A stretch of DNA of 64,000 nucleotides. Origin: an uncultured Acidobacteriota bacterium (lineage in GTDB: Bacteria; Acidobacteriota; Thermoanaerobaculia; Gp7-AA8). The position numbers and the translations under genes are program-made. The notes beneath the pieces were generated by a model that was not told the DNA's origin, searched no databases, and saw nothing but the letters and a program-made list of their open reading frames with translations. The stretch spans positions 1,120,001 through 1,184,000 of the forward strand of contig CAWGHO010000003.1 in the NCBI GenBank assembly GCA_963822445.1, given 5' to 3'. This document shows, one piece after another, positions 49,157 through 58,733 of this stretch; the first letter of the stretch is position 1; the number at the start of each line of letters is the position of its first letter.

Positions 49157-49166
49157 GTTAGCCCGC
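49157..49166 (+). mobile_element. Putative integron cassette core site GTTAGCC(CGC)
   Basis: Exact reverse complement of GCGGGCTAAC at 51854-51863; marks the start of the AT-richer segment. Confidence 0.55.
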
Positions 49167-49180
49167 GCGTGAACGCACGA

Positions 49181-49189
49181 TGTTATACT
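49181..49189 (+). promoter_or_regulatory. Extended -10 (TGtTATACT) upstream of the Roc-COR gene
   Basis: TGnTATACT about 70 nt upstream of the ATG; GGAGG SD at 49251. Confidence 0.55.
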
Positions 49190-49259
49190 TCATGACTTAC
49201 GTACAACCGCTGAGTTACTCCATCGTAAATCGGTGCTTCGTCCCCCTTGCGGAGGCTTC

Positions 49260-51809
49260 ATGGCGACGGCAAACGAAGACGCACGGCTACTGACCGAACT
49301 GAAGAAGCTGCTCCGTGAACACGGCGAGAAACGCGAGTTGGCGCTAGTTCCGCCACCGCTCATTCTGCCGTTCTGGTCCATCGGCTATGCGGTGAATGGT
49401 AGCGGCTCCGTGATCGGAATTAAGATAGGCGGTTCACCTGGCGCGCAGCGAGCCCTCGAACTTATCGCGCGATTTCGCCATCTTGAGCGGCTCGTATTTC
49501 ACAGCGCTGAAGATGTGTATGTGCCTGCAGCGATCGGTAACCTCACAAATCTCCGCTTTCTGAGTCTTGGCGGGTCGGTTAAACGGCTCCCGCCGGAATT
49601 CTTGAATCTCGCGCTAGATGTTTATGACGCGCACGCACCGGACGGCCAGTCGCAGGTGATGAGAAGGTTCGACCAGCTGGCGGACGCGATAAGGGAAACG
49701 AAAGGCACGGCTGCCCCAGTGACGTTACCGCCCGACGATGCCGAGCGCGAAGCCGATTACGAGCGACGCGACAAAGAGAACGAGGAAATTATCGCGGCGA
49801 TCTGGCGCGACGATGCGCCTAACAACGGCACTGTCGACTTACGTCTTCGGCGTGAGGTGCTGGCAGCTTGCGATGAAAGCCTGCGGCTCCGTGGTTTATA
49901 CCTTTCGGGCGCGGAGCTAGAAGATCCCCCACTTGAGATAGCTGTCAAGGGACGTGATGCGATAGAGCGGTACTTTGAAGACCGGCGCGGCGGTGATTTG
50001 CCGTTGAATGAGGTTAAGATCATTCTAGTCGGCCACGGTAGTGCCGGCAAAACCTCCCTCGTTAAGCGAGTATTCGGCGACTCGTTCGACCAGAATGAGC
50101 CACAAACACACGGGATAAATATTCGTACTTGGCATTGCGGCGTAGAGAACAACGCTGAGATCAAGGCGAACTTTTGGGATTTCGGCGGTCAGGAGATAAT
50201 GCACGCAACGCACCAGTTCTTCCTGTCCAAGCGAAGCTTCTACATACTGCTGCTGGACGGCCGGAAAGAGGAGGATGCGGAATACTGGCTACAGCACATA
50301 GAAAGTTTCGGGGGCGATTCGCCAATCTTGGTAGTGTTGAACAAAATCGATGAGCATCCCTCTTTCGACGTCAATCGGCGTTTTTTGAAGCAAAAGTACC
50401 CCGGCATAGTCGATTTTTGTCGCATTTCATGCGCGACTGGACTCGGTATCGATTCGTTCACGCAGCGACTCCGAGACGAAATCGGCAAGGTATCGATTCT
50501 CCGGACGCGTTGGCCTGCGAATTGGTTTCGTGTCAAGCAGCGGCTGGAATCTCTCGATACCTCGTATATCTCCCTCACAGATTACAATCGCATTTGCGAC
50601 GAGGAGGCCGTACGAGATCCCGCGAGCCGCGAAACACTCGTAGATTTCTTGCACGATTTAGGTGTAATTCTTCACTTTCGTGACCTGCATCTGCTCGACA
50701 CGCACGTCTTGGATCCCTTGTGGGTCACCGAAGGCGTCTATAAGATCATAAATTCGGAAATCGTTGCCACGCAGCGCGGTAAGCTCCGGCTTGATCAATT
50801 GTCATCGGTGTTGACTGGTGGTGAAGACGCGGTCCATCGTTTTCCCAAAGACAAGCATCAATATATCGTTGAGCTCATGTTGAAGTTTGAGCTTTGTTAC
50901 CGTTTGGACATGGCCTCCATTCTGATTCCGGATCTGCTCGACATTCAGGAACCGCCGCTACCGTTGGATCGGCAGGGCAGCCTCCGTTTCATCTTTGAAT
51001 ACAGTTACCTGCCACGGTCGGTGATTCCGCGTTTCATCGTACGCATGCACCGCGATATTAAAGGGCAGAATCTGTGGCGCACCGGAGTAATGCTGGCTGA
51101 CGATGCGCTTGGCGCCACAGCACTCGTCCGCGCGGACGAAAAAGCGAGACGTATTTATGTGTCTGTCACCGGTGGGCAAAAGCGGGATTACTTCGCTATC
51201 ATTCGAAAGGTAATTGCCGACATTAACAGTTCGTTCGAGAAGTTGGCAGTCACTGAGCTTGTGCCTTTGCCGGATGCCCCGGACATCGCCATCGACTACC
51301 GTGAGCTGGTCGGACATGAACAGGCGGGGCGCGATGACATCTTCGTCGGTCGACTAGGTCGTGCCTACAACGTTTCTAGCCTGTTGAGCGGGATCGAAGA
51401 CGTCCTCCGGCGAGACCGGCTCGCGCACACTGTCATCAATGTCCATGGCGACTACATCGCAACTCAAAAGGGAGGAGGCGAGACCTCGCTGTTCAACGAA
51501 AGCGCGTATGAAAGGGAAAGCATGGCCTACGAGCCCCGGGAGTGGGAGCGAATGGTAACGTATGCGACCGGCGCGACGTTCTTGGCCGTAGTTGGATTCC
51601 TCGTAATTCGCAACAAACCGTTCGCGGATCCGAACTTAGTCGTCTTGGTTCGCACGGTCTTGAGTTTAATTATAGCCGTTTTCGGTGCGACGATACCCGG
51701 GATGCTCAGGGTCGATCTCACTGCCAAAGGGGTTCTCATCAGGGCTGGTGGAGCTTTAGCGCTCTTCGTCATCACATTCATGCTGACGCCCGCAGTTTTG
51801 CCGGGTTGA
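49260..51809 (+). CDS. Bacterial Roco protein: short LRR, Roc GTPase, COR domain, C-terminal TM domain
   Basis: DPPLEI..G..AIERYF, GHGSAGKTS, THGI, WDFGGQE..HATHQFFL, NKID, LHDLGVILHF; three C-terminal hydrophobic helices; AT-richer codons. Confidence 0.9.
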   Translation: MATANEDARLLTELKKLLREHGEKRELALVPPPLILPFWSIGYAVNGSGSVIGIKIGGSPGAQRALELIARFRHLERLVFHSAEDVYVPAAIGNLTNLRFLSLGGSVKRLPPEFLNLALDVYDAHAPDGQSQVMRRFDQLADAIRETKGTAAPVTLPPDDAEREADYERRDKENEEIIAAIWRDDAPNNGTVDLRLRREVLAACDESLRLRGLYLSGAELEDPPLEIAVKGRDAIERYFEDRRGGDLPLNEVKIILVGHGSAGKTSLVKRVFGDSFDQNEPQTHGINIRTWHCGVENNAEIKANFWDFGGQEIMHATHQFFLSKRSFYILLLDGRKEEDAEYWLQHIESFGGDSPILVVLNKIDEHPSFDVNRRFLKQKYPGIVDFCRISCATGLGIDSFTQRLRDEIGKVSILRTRWPANWFRVKQRLESLDTSYISLTDYNRICDEEAVRDPASRETLVDFLHDLGVILHFRDLHLLDTHVLDPLWVTEGVYKIINSEIVATQRGKLRLDQLSSVLTGGEDAVHRFPKDKHQYIVELMLKFELCYRLDMASILIPDLLDIQEPPLPLDRQGSLRFIFEYSYLPRSVIPRFIVRMHRDIKGQNLWRTGVMLADDALGATALVRADEKARRIYVSVTGGQKRDYFAIIRKVIADINSSFEKLAVTELVPLPDAPDIAIDYRELVGHEQAGRDDIFVGRLGRAYNVSSLLSGIEDVLRRDRLAHTVINVHGDYIATQKGGGETSLFNESAYERESMAYEPREWERMVTYATGATFLAVVGFLVIRNKPFADPNLVVLVRTVLSLIIAVFGATIPGMLRVDLTAKGVLIRAGGALALFVITFMLTPAVLPG

Positions 51810-51853
51810 AAAGACGCATGCCTTCGAAATCTGGATGTCTCATCGTCGTACAT

Positions 51854-52026
51854 GCGGGCTAACTATGGTGTGAAGCCGGCAGCGGGCCGTTCGCCGCGCC
51901 CCGGCGGCCGAGCCGCCTACCGATCCCAAGACGCACGGCGTCACGCCGCTTGCAGATCTCCGTCAGTCGAAAACCGCGGCAAGGGGCGCGCCGGAGCCGG
52001 AAGTTCGCTTTGCTTTCCGTTACGGC
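51854..52026 (+). mobile_element. Degenerate attC-like recombination site
   Basis: Begins GGCTAAC-tatggtgtgaagccggc, internal pairing cgccgcttgc..gcaaggggcg, ends near GTTACGGC (52019). Confidence 0.45.
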
Positions 52027-52087
52027 GTCAGACAGAAGAGCCCGCGTCCACAACCAAAGGCAACGAAGTAACAACGCGAGGTGCTCC

Positions 52088-52596
52088 ATGTCCGTGGTCC
52101 CATCGGCATCGACCGAAGTCGTTACGAATGACTGGAAGTAAACACCGGCATCGGCGGCTGGCTGGTTCTCGTCGCGATAGGTCTCTGCGTATCGCCGGTG
52201 CTTCAGCTGCTTACCTTGGCGAATCTTCTGCCGATTTTTACTAACGGCACGTGGTCGCTCCTTACCGATTCGGCCAGCGCGGCGTATCACCGTTTGTGGG
52301 GACCCGTGATCGCGCTTGAAGTCGTGATGAACGTTCTGTTCATCGCCAGTGAGGCGATTCTCATTTTCTGGTTCTTCAGGAAATCGGGCCGCTTTCCGAA
52401 GGCTATGATCGCTTATCTGTTCATGGTCTTCGTACTCGTCGCATTGGACTACTTCTTAGCGCAGGCAATTCCCGCGGTGGCTGACCAGAACGACGCCGAA
52501 ACTCGGGGAGCGTTCATTCGGTCAGGTGTGTCTTGCGCCATATGGATGCCGTATTTCTTGGTGTCGAAGCGGGTTAAGGCAACATTCGTAAACTGA
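52088..52596 (+). pseudogene. DUF2569-family membrane protein with an N-terminal frameshift (~52130-52142)
   Basis: GIGGWLVLVAIGL...FFRKSGRFP...IWMPYFLVSKRVKATFVN; ATG 52088 with GAGG SD lies in a different frame that stops at 52141. Confidence 0.7.
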
Positions 52597-52645
52597 GCCG
52601 ACCGGCGGCATCGCCGAGAGGCAGACCGGCGTGCCCCGCGCAGGA

Positions 52646-52727
52646 GTAGGCGGTAGGTAGGAGACCTGCCGCTCCATCCACCGCCTACCGCGAGGCCGCG
52701 CAGCGGCCGTACCGCCTACTGCCTACT
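52646..52727. repeat. Heptamer-based imperfect inverted repeat with an internal palindrome
   Basis: gtaggcggtagg...ccgcctac, ggccgc-gca-gcggcc, accgcctactgcctac. Confidence 0.55.
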
Positions 52728-52736
52728 ATTGGCGTC

Positions 52737-53366
52737 ATGAACTACCTCACCGACGGTCCCGCCGACTCGCCCCACATCTTCCTCTTCGCCCACGGCGCGG
52801 GCGGGGCGATGGACACGCCGTTCATGACCCGCGTCGCGCGAGACCTCGGCGAACGGGGGATTCGCGTGGTTCGCTTCGAGTTTCCATACATGGCGGCGCG
52901 GCGGGAAGGCGGGAAGCGCGGCGCGCCGGATCGCCAGCCTGTACTTCTCGACACGTTTCGGCGGGTGGTCGAAGAGCATGGCGGCGGTGGGAAAGTTGTC
53001 GTCGGCGGGAAGTCGATGGGCGGGCGGATGGCCAGCATGGTCGCGGACGAGCTCGGCGTGCGAGGGCTGATCTGCCTCGGCTATCCCTTCCATCCGCCGG
53101 GAAAACCTCAGCAACTTCGCACGGCCCACCTAACTTCTCTCCGCACTCCGGCGTTAATCATTCAGGGGACCCGCGATCCTTTTGGAACCGAGAGCGAGGT
53201 TTCCACGTATGAGCTATCGAAGACGATTCGCATCGAGTGGCTGGAGGATGGGGACCATTCCTTCAAACCGCGGGCGAGCTCCGGGACGACCGAGCGGCAG
53301 AACCTCGAGCGCGCGGCAGGGTTGATGGAGGAATTCCTCAACACACGTGCCCCTTTCCGCGCTTGA
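52737..53366 (+). CDS. Alpha/beta hydrolase (KANL3/Tex30-like)
   Basis: AHGAGGAMD, FEFPYM, GGKSMGGR, LGYPFHPPGKP, QGTRDPFG, DGDHSF. Confidence 0.9.
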   Translation: MNYLTDGPADSPHIFLFAHGAGGAMDTPFMTRVARDLGERGIRVVRFEFPYMAARREGGKRGAPDRQPVLLDTFRRVVEEHGGGGKVVVGGKSMGGRMASMVADELGVRGLICLGYPFHPPGKPQQLRTAHLTSLRTPALIIQGTRDPFGTESEVSTYELSKTIRIEWLEDGDHSFKPRASSGTTERQNLERAAGLMEEFLNTRAPFRA

Positions 53367-53394
53367 GTATATGCTGCTAGAGTTAAGTACGTAT

Positions 53395-53787
53395 ATGCGC
53401 CCCAAGGTCCTGATCGTCGAAGATGACGCCGCCACCCGTGACGCTTTGCGACGGATTCTGGTCGCCGAGGGGTGCGACGTCGACCTGGCCATCGATGGCG
53501 AGAAGGCCGTGGGATGCCTGGCCCGGAATCGCTACGACGCCGTCGTTCTCGACATCGCTCTGCCGAAGATGAGCGGCACCGACGTGATGGAGTACATCGC
53601 CAGTACGACGCCGGAGCTGCTCTCCGCGATCATCGTCGTCACCGGCCTCGACGTCGGCGAGATCCGCAAGCTGTTCCCGTCGGTGTGCGAGACGCTGGCG
53701 AAGCCGGTCATGCCTTCGCGTCTGCTGGCCTCGGTTCGCCGCTGCTTCGGCAGCCTGGGCGGATCGGCAGGCATCAGCGTCGCATAA
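53395..53787 (+). CDS. Single-domain response regulator
   Basis: VLIVEDD, LDIALPKMSG, VVTG, KP; start reassigned to ATG 53395. Confidence 0.88.
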   Translation: MRPKVLIVEDDAATRDALRRILVAEGCDVDLAIDGEKAVGCLARNRYDAVVLDIALPKMSGTDVMEYIASTTPELLSAIIVVTGLDVGEIRKLFPSVCETLAKPVMPSRLLASVRRCFGSLGGSAGISVA

Positions 53788-53797
53788 ACGCCGCGCC

Positions 53798-54760
53798 GTG
53801 GGCGCCTCGCTTTCGCGATCCGAAGTCAGTCAGCTCCTCGAGCTCGATCCAACGGTCGTCGATGCCCTCATCGACAGCGGCCGGATCCTCTGTCATGTGA
53901 AACGCGGCGAGGCGCGCATCCCCGTCGAGCAGCTCGAAGGATTCCTGCGCGACTCGCTGGTGCGGCTGTATCGCGCCGAAGCGGCGGCGGCCGCGCCGAT
54001 CGTCATGGTTCGCGAGCCGGAACCGGAACGGCCGCCGGCGCCACCCCCCGAGCCGGCGCCCGAGGTTCCCGCGGAGGCCGTGAGCCGGCCGGTGCAGACG
54101 CCGGTTCACCACGAAGACGACGAAGAAGCCGACCGGCCGGAGCTGCGCATCGCTTCGCGCTATGTGCCGTTGCGGCAGATCGACGGCATCTTCGGCGAGA
54201 CGAAGTTCTCGCTCCTGCAGATTTCGGCGACGGGCTTGCGGATCAAGCATCGCGACTCACTGCTGCCGGGCACCGAGGCCAAGGTTTCCTTTGCGTTGAT
54301 GAAGCCGGCGCGGTCCTTCGTCGTTCGCGCGCGAGTGGTCTGGACGAGCATCGCCCGCTCCGGCGAGGACCGCTTCTCGATCAGCGGCCTGCGCGTGACC
54401 GCGCATCAGGAACGGCTCGCGCGCGCGATCGATCTGTTGAAGTCGACGAACGAGCTGCAGCCCGAGCGCCGCGCGCAGGTGCGCCGTGCGACGGACGGCG
54501 TGGTCGCGATCGAAGAGATTTCGGACGAAGAGATCGCCCTCGTGACGAACGCCATCCAGAAGTTCGCCACCGATCCCGTCGAGGCCAGCCGCTGGTATTC
54601 GCGCGCGCGCTTTTCGATGGCGGATGAAAACGTGCGGAAAGCCGCGCCGGAACGCCCCCGCGACCGCGAAGAAGTCCTCGGCATCTGGGAGTATCTCGAC
54701 CATCAGGTGGAGATTCCGAAGATTGCGGGGATCGTGGGTTGGGTGCGGCAGGCGGGGTAG
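53798..54760 (+). CDS. Hypothetical protein: excisionase-type HTH, Pro-rich linker, PilZ-like domain
   Basis: LSRSEVSQLLEL...LIDSGRI; RIASR (RxxxR), QISATGLRI, VRARVVW. Confidence 0.7.
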   Translation: MGASLSRSEVSQLLELDPTVVDALIDSGRILCHVKRGEARIPVEQLEGFLRDSLVRLYRAEAAAAAPIVMVREPEPERPPAPPPEPAPEVPAEAVSRPVQTPVHHEDDEEADRPELRIASRYVPLRQIDGIFGETKFSLLQISATGLRIKHRDSLLPGTEAKVSFALMKPARSFVVRARVVWTSIARSGEDRFSISGLRVTAHQERLARAIDLLKSTNELQPERRAQVRRATDGVVAIEEISDEEIALVTNAIQKFATDPVEASRWYSRARFSMADENVRKAAPERPRDREEVLGIWEYLDHQVEIPKIAGIVGWVRQAG

Positions 54761-54787
54761 GTCCCTCGACTACGCTCGGGATGACAT
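54761..54787. repeat. REP-like short element between convergent genes
   Basis: gtccctcgactacgctcgggatgaca, an imperfect hairpin ending GATGACA typical of widespread REP-like repeats. Confidence 0.5.
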
Positions 54788-54790
54788 CAG

Positions 54791-57019
54791 CTACAACGGC
54801 TCCACCGTCGCCCCGATGATGAATCCGCTGAAGTTCGGGTTGTGCCGCACCGCATCCACCGAAAACGAAGGCAGCGTCTCGATCCGGCTCAGCGTTCTGT
54901 ACAACTTCTGGTAGGCGACGCTCTGCAGCTCGACGCTCTTGATCGTCAGCGGTGTGGCCAGGCCGTAGCGCTCGGCGTCGATTTCGTCGAGGCGGATCGG
55001 GCGGCGCACTTCCTCCGACACCGGATCCCATTCGCCGACGAGAATCGCGCTCTCGGTCTCGGCCACGACCAGGTCCGAGGTTCCGAGCTCGTTCTCCGCC
55101 TGCGCGGCCACGGCGACATTCCGCGCGGCGCTCCGATTGCGTTCCTGCTCGAGTAATTGAAGAAGAGGTTTGGACTCATCCATCACGGAGATCTCCGCGA
55201 TCTCGGGCGTGAGCCAGACGACCTCGCCGATGTCCTGCGTCCCGATTCCTTTCAGCGCTACCGATCCGAGGAGGCGGATGCCGATGTAGCCGCCCAGCTC
55301 ATCAGCGGATACGCCGAGGTAGACGCTCCAAGGAGTGCGCAGGCGATACACCTTCTGTGCATCTTCGGAAAGCTCGGTCGACAGCTGACGAAGGAAGGGG
55401 ATCGAGACGACGATGCCTTCGTTGATGAGATGGCCGCTCTCGTTCACGTACGCGTAGAACTCGCGCTGCTGCTGCAGGGCGTCGGTGTGATCGACGCTCC
55501 GCGCCAGCGGCGAGAAGAAGCGGTAGACCTCGTTCTGGTCGTAACCGTGCGTCAGAAGCAGGTGCTGTACGTCCTCGAGCTCTTTCGTCGCTTTGCCCGT
55601 GGTCAGACGGGACAGCTCAACGATACCGGGACCGTAAAACTCGATGATCTGCGCGCCGTCGGTCGAAACCTGCATCGGCAGGAGCCGGTAGTACCCGTAG
55701 TTGAGGGCGATGCGCATGCCCTTGTTGAAAGCGAACCCTTTCGAGCGGGCGCGCGAGTAGAAGCGCTGGATCTCGATCGCCGCCTGCACGACGCGCGTGG
55801 CCCGTCGCGACGTGTAGAACGCGCCGTCGCCGAGGAACTTCTCGAATTGCAGACCGTGCCGGCGGGTGATGGCGGCCAGCTCGCGCTGGAACTCGAGCAT
55901 CTGCCGGTAGGAGCTCTGCTCTTCGCCTTTGCCGCCGCGGGCGATCTCGCCGAGGGTCTCGGTGAAGGAGGTGATGTCGTAGACCAGGCCGTAGCGATAG
56001 ACGATCGGCTCGACCACGCCGCGCCGTCCGAAGTCCATCGGCCGGATGGCGCGCGAGTAAACGGCATCCGTCCCGTCGTCAGCCACGTTCTCACCCGCCT
56101 CGGTCGTCCTCATCCAGGTGATCGACCGCCGCAACGCCTGCACGAGGAACAGCTCCAGCGCGCGGCGGCTCAGTGAATCGATGAGCGAGCTGTCCTGAAC
56201 GGGACGGTAGGCGGAGTGATCGCCGAGAAGCTGGCGGACCCGGGGATCGAGGACGGCGATCGCGGGGAGGATCGCCTCGGGATATCCGAGCAGGGTCAGG
56301 GCGCGACGGAGAAGCTTGTCCTTCGATGCGAGGTCCTGGGCCTGACCGCGCATGTCGTCGAATGCGCGGCGGAAGCTCGAGTAGTCGCGGCGCATGTACG
56401 AGAAGTAGCCCCGCAGCTCGCGCAGATCCGGCCCGACGAACTCCTCGGCCGCGATCAGCGGGTTTTCCAGCAACAGCTCGAGGAACCCTTCCGGGTGCTC
56501 GATCTCCCTGAGCGCCGCGACCCACTTCTCATGCAGCGTGTACTTCAGCCGGTCCGCTTCGTCGCGCGACAGGCGAGCGTCCAGGCCGCGATGGACGACG
56601 GCCGTGAGGGCGCGCGCCGCGTGCTGGGAGTGCAGGAGCCAGAAGACGGAGTGGTAGTCCGAGAGGATGCTCGAGTTCCGGGCGTTGTGCGCGAGCTTCA
56701 GGACCTGATCGCGGTACTGGGCGAGGAGGTCGTCGACGCGGCGCTGGGATTGCTGATCGCCGGTGCGGGCCTCAACCTCCTGGTTGAGCCATCGTCCCAG
56801 CCGGGCCTCGAGCTCGTCGACCATGGCCGATTTCGCGAGAGGGAAGCCGTAACTCTTCGGGACGAGCTCGTCGACCAGGAAGATCTTGGCCGGGACCGGA
56901 AGGCGGGCGCTGGAGGTGAGCCCGATCGCGTCCGTGAGGAAATGACGGACGTCGATGTCGCGGCGGAAGGGGAAGGCGTCCTGCCGCTGCCGCAGGAACT
57001 GGATGAGGTTCTCGTGCAC
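54791..57019 (-). CDS. Large protein with a divergent class III adenylate/guanylate cyclase-like domain
   Basis: YDITSFT, EKFLGDGAFY, MRIALNYG, YGPGIVELSRL; start uncertain (57019, 57052 or 57145). Confidence 0.7.
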   Translation of the reverse strand: MHENLIQFLRQRQDAFPFRRDIDVRHFLTDAIGLTSSARLPVPAKIFLVDELVPKSYGFPLAKSAMVDELEARLGRWLNQEVEARTGDQQSQRRVDDLLAQYRDQVLKLAHNARNSSILSDYHSVFWLLHSQHAARALTAVVHRGLDARLSRDEADRLKYTLHEKWVAALREIEHPEGFLELLLENPLIAAEEFVGPDLRELRGYFSYMRRDYSSFRRAFDDMRGQAQDLASKDKLLRRALTLLGYPEAILPAIAVLDPRVRQLLGDHSAYRPVQDSSLIDSLSRRALELFLVQALRRSITWMRTTEAGENVADDGTDAVYSRAIRPMDFGRRGVVEPIVYRYGLVYDITSFTETLGEIARGGKGEEQSSYRQMLEFQRELAAITRRHGLQFEKFLGDGAFYTSRRATRVVQAAIEIQRFYSRARSKGFAFNKGMRIALNYGYYRLLPMQVSTDGAQIIEFYGPGIVELSRLTTGKATKELEDVQHLLLTHGYDQNEVYRFFSPLARSVDHTDALQQQREFYAYVNESGHLINEGIVVSIPFLRQLSTELSEDAQKVYRLRTPWSVYLGVSADELGGYIGIRLLGSVALKGIGTQDIGEVVWLTPEIAEISVMDESKPLLQLLEQERNRSAARNVAVAAQAENELGTSDLVVAETESAILVGEWDPVSEEVRRPIRLDEIDAERYGLATPLTIKSVELQSVAYQKLYRTLSRIETLPSFSVDAVRHNPNFSGFIIGATVEPL

Positions 57020-57146
57020 CCGGGCGGACTGTGTGCGGGTCCCGTGCCGCACCCGGCAGCGATCTTGAAAGGATGCGTCCCGGCTGTACGACGAGTAACG
57101 CAGCGCTTCAGCAGTTCCACATTTCCGAAAATCTGGAGGTTTCATC

Positions 57147-58715
57147 GTGCGTACATCAGCCGGGGTCCTTTCATTGCTCCTCGTACTGTCCGCTTTTGGT
57201 CAGGTCACCTCGCCTGGCGGGTTTCTCGAGCGCGGCACGACCGCGTTCCGCTCAGGCGATTACGGCTCGGCCGTGATCGACCTGCAGGCGGCGGCGCAGG
57301 GCTACATGTCGCCCGAGAACATGCAGCGGTACGTGAACACGGGCAAATTCGAGAACCTCGACAAGCTGGAGGAAGCGCTGGTTTATCTCGCGCTTTCCCA
57401 GTCGAAGCTCGGCCGTGAAGGCGATGCGCGCGAGACGATCCTCCGGCTGATGTCGGCCGAGCGGATCAAGCCGACTTACGAGCGTCTGCAGATCGCCGAG
57501 GCCAAAGAGTTCGACATGCTGGTCGCTTCGCTGGTACCGGCCTCGACCCTTCCGCCGAACATGCAGATCGCGGCCGCGACGCCGGCACCTGCGCCTGCGC
57601 CGCCGACGGCCGTCGCGGAAGCGGAAGAGACGACGCCGCTGCCTTCGGTCACCGCGGCTCCGGCACCTGTCATCGCCGAAGCCCCACCGGCGCCCGCCCC
57701 CGTGCAGACCGAAGGGCGGTTCGTGACGCAGCGGACGATGGCCGAAGAACGTGCTGAGCGGGAACGGATCGTCGCCGAGCTGGTTGCCATCGAGCGCGCG
57801 CGGATCGAGAAGGAAGCAGAAGCGAGGATCGCCGCGGAGCGCCAGGCCACCGAGCGCGCCGCCGCTGAAAAGATCGCCGCCGCCGAACAGCGCGCCACGA
57901 CCGTCGAGACCGAGGCGCAGCAGCGGATCGCTGCGGCCCAGACGGAAGCCGACCGAAAAGCAGCCGAGGCCGCTGCGGAAGCGCAGCAGAGTGCCGCCGC
58001 GGCCGCCGCGGAAGCGCAGCAGAAGGCAGCCGCAGCGGAAGCGGAGGCGCAGCAGCGCATTGCCGCATCGCAGCGCGAGGCCGAGCAGAAGATCGCCACG
58101 CTGCAGAACGAATCGCAGGAACGCTTGACTGTCGCCGAGGCTGATGCTGCGGCACGGATTGCGGCGGCGAGGAAAGAAGCGGAAGAGCGTGTAGCCGCGG
58201 CAGAAGCTGCAGCGAAACGCGACGCCGAGGCCCGCGTGGCCGCATTGCAGCAGGAGACCGAACGGCGCATCGCGGCCGAGCGTGCCGAGGCCGAACGTGC
58301 CGCCGCGGCGCAGATCGCGGAGGCGGCGGCCAATGCCCGCCGCGCGTACGTGACCAGCCTCCGCCAGGCCGACGCACTTGCGAACAAAGGCGATCTCGAG
58401 GGCGCGAACGCCATCTACCAGCGCGTCGCGAACACCGAGACCGCGCCGCGTGAGCTGATCGCCGAAGCGGCGGTCGGCATGTATCGCACCGGCGCGTTCC
58501 GCCAATCAGCGGCGGCATTCAAGCGCCTCGGCCTCTTCGCGAAAGGCGAGGAAGACCTCCGCTACTACAACGCCGTCGCGCTCTACGAGATCGGCAACTA
58601 CCAGGAAGCGAAGAAGGAGCTCGCCTGCGCGCTGCCCTTCATTCAACTGACCGACGACGTGAGCCGCTATCGCGCAAAGATCGAGCAGACCTCATCCCAG
58701 CAGGCGATGAAATAG
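57147..58715 (+). CDS. Secreted protein with TPR-like ends and a central Ala/Glu-rich coiled coil
   Basis: Signal peptide ..LSAFG/Q; EAEAQQRIAA-type repeats; YYNAVALYEIGNYQEAK TPR. Confidence 0.8.
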   Translation: MRTSAGVLSLLLVLSAFGQVTSPGGFLERGTTAFRSGDYGSAVIDLQAAAQGYMSPENMQRYVNTGKFENLDKLEEALVYLALSQSKLGREGDARETILRLMSAERIKPTYERLQIAEAKEFDMLVASLVPASTLPPNMQIAAATPAPAPAPPTAVAEAEETTPLPSVTAAPAPVIAEAPPAPAPVQTEGRFVTQRTMAEERAERERIVAELVAIERARIEKEAEARIAAERQATERAAAEKIAAAEQRATTVETEAQQRIAAAQTEADRKAAEAAAEAQQSAAAAAAEAQQKAAAAEAEAQQRIAASQREAEQKIATLQNESQERLTVAEADAAARIAAARKEAEERVAAAEAAAKRDAEARVAALQQETERRIAAERAEAERAAAAQIAEAAANARRAYVTSLRQADALANKGDLEGANAIYQRVANTETAPRELIAEAAVGMYRTGAFRQSAAAFKRLGLFAKGEEDLRYYNAVALYEIGNYQEAKKELACALPFIQLTDDVSRYRAKIEQTSSQQAMK

Positions 58716-58733
58716 AAAGCTACGAACGAGTCC

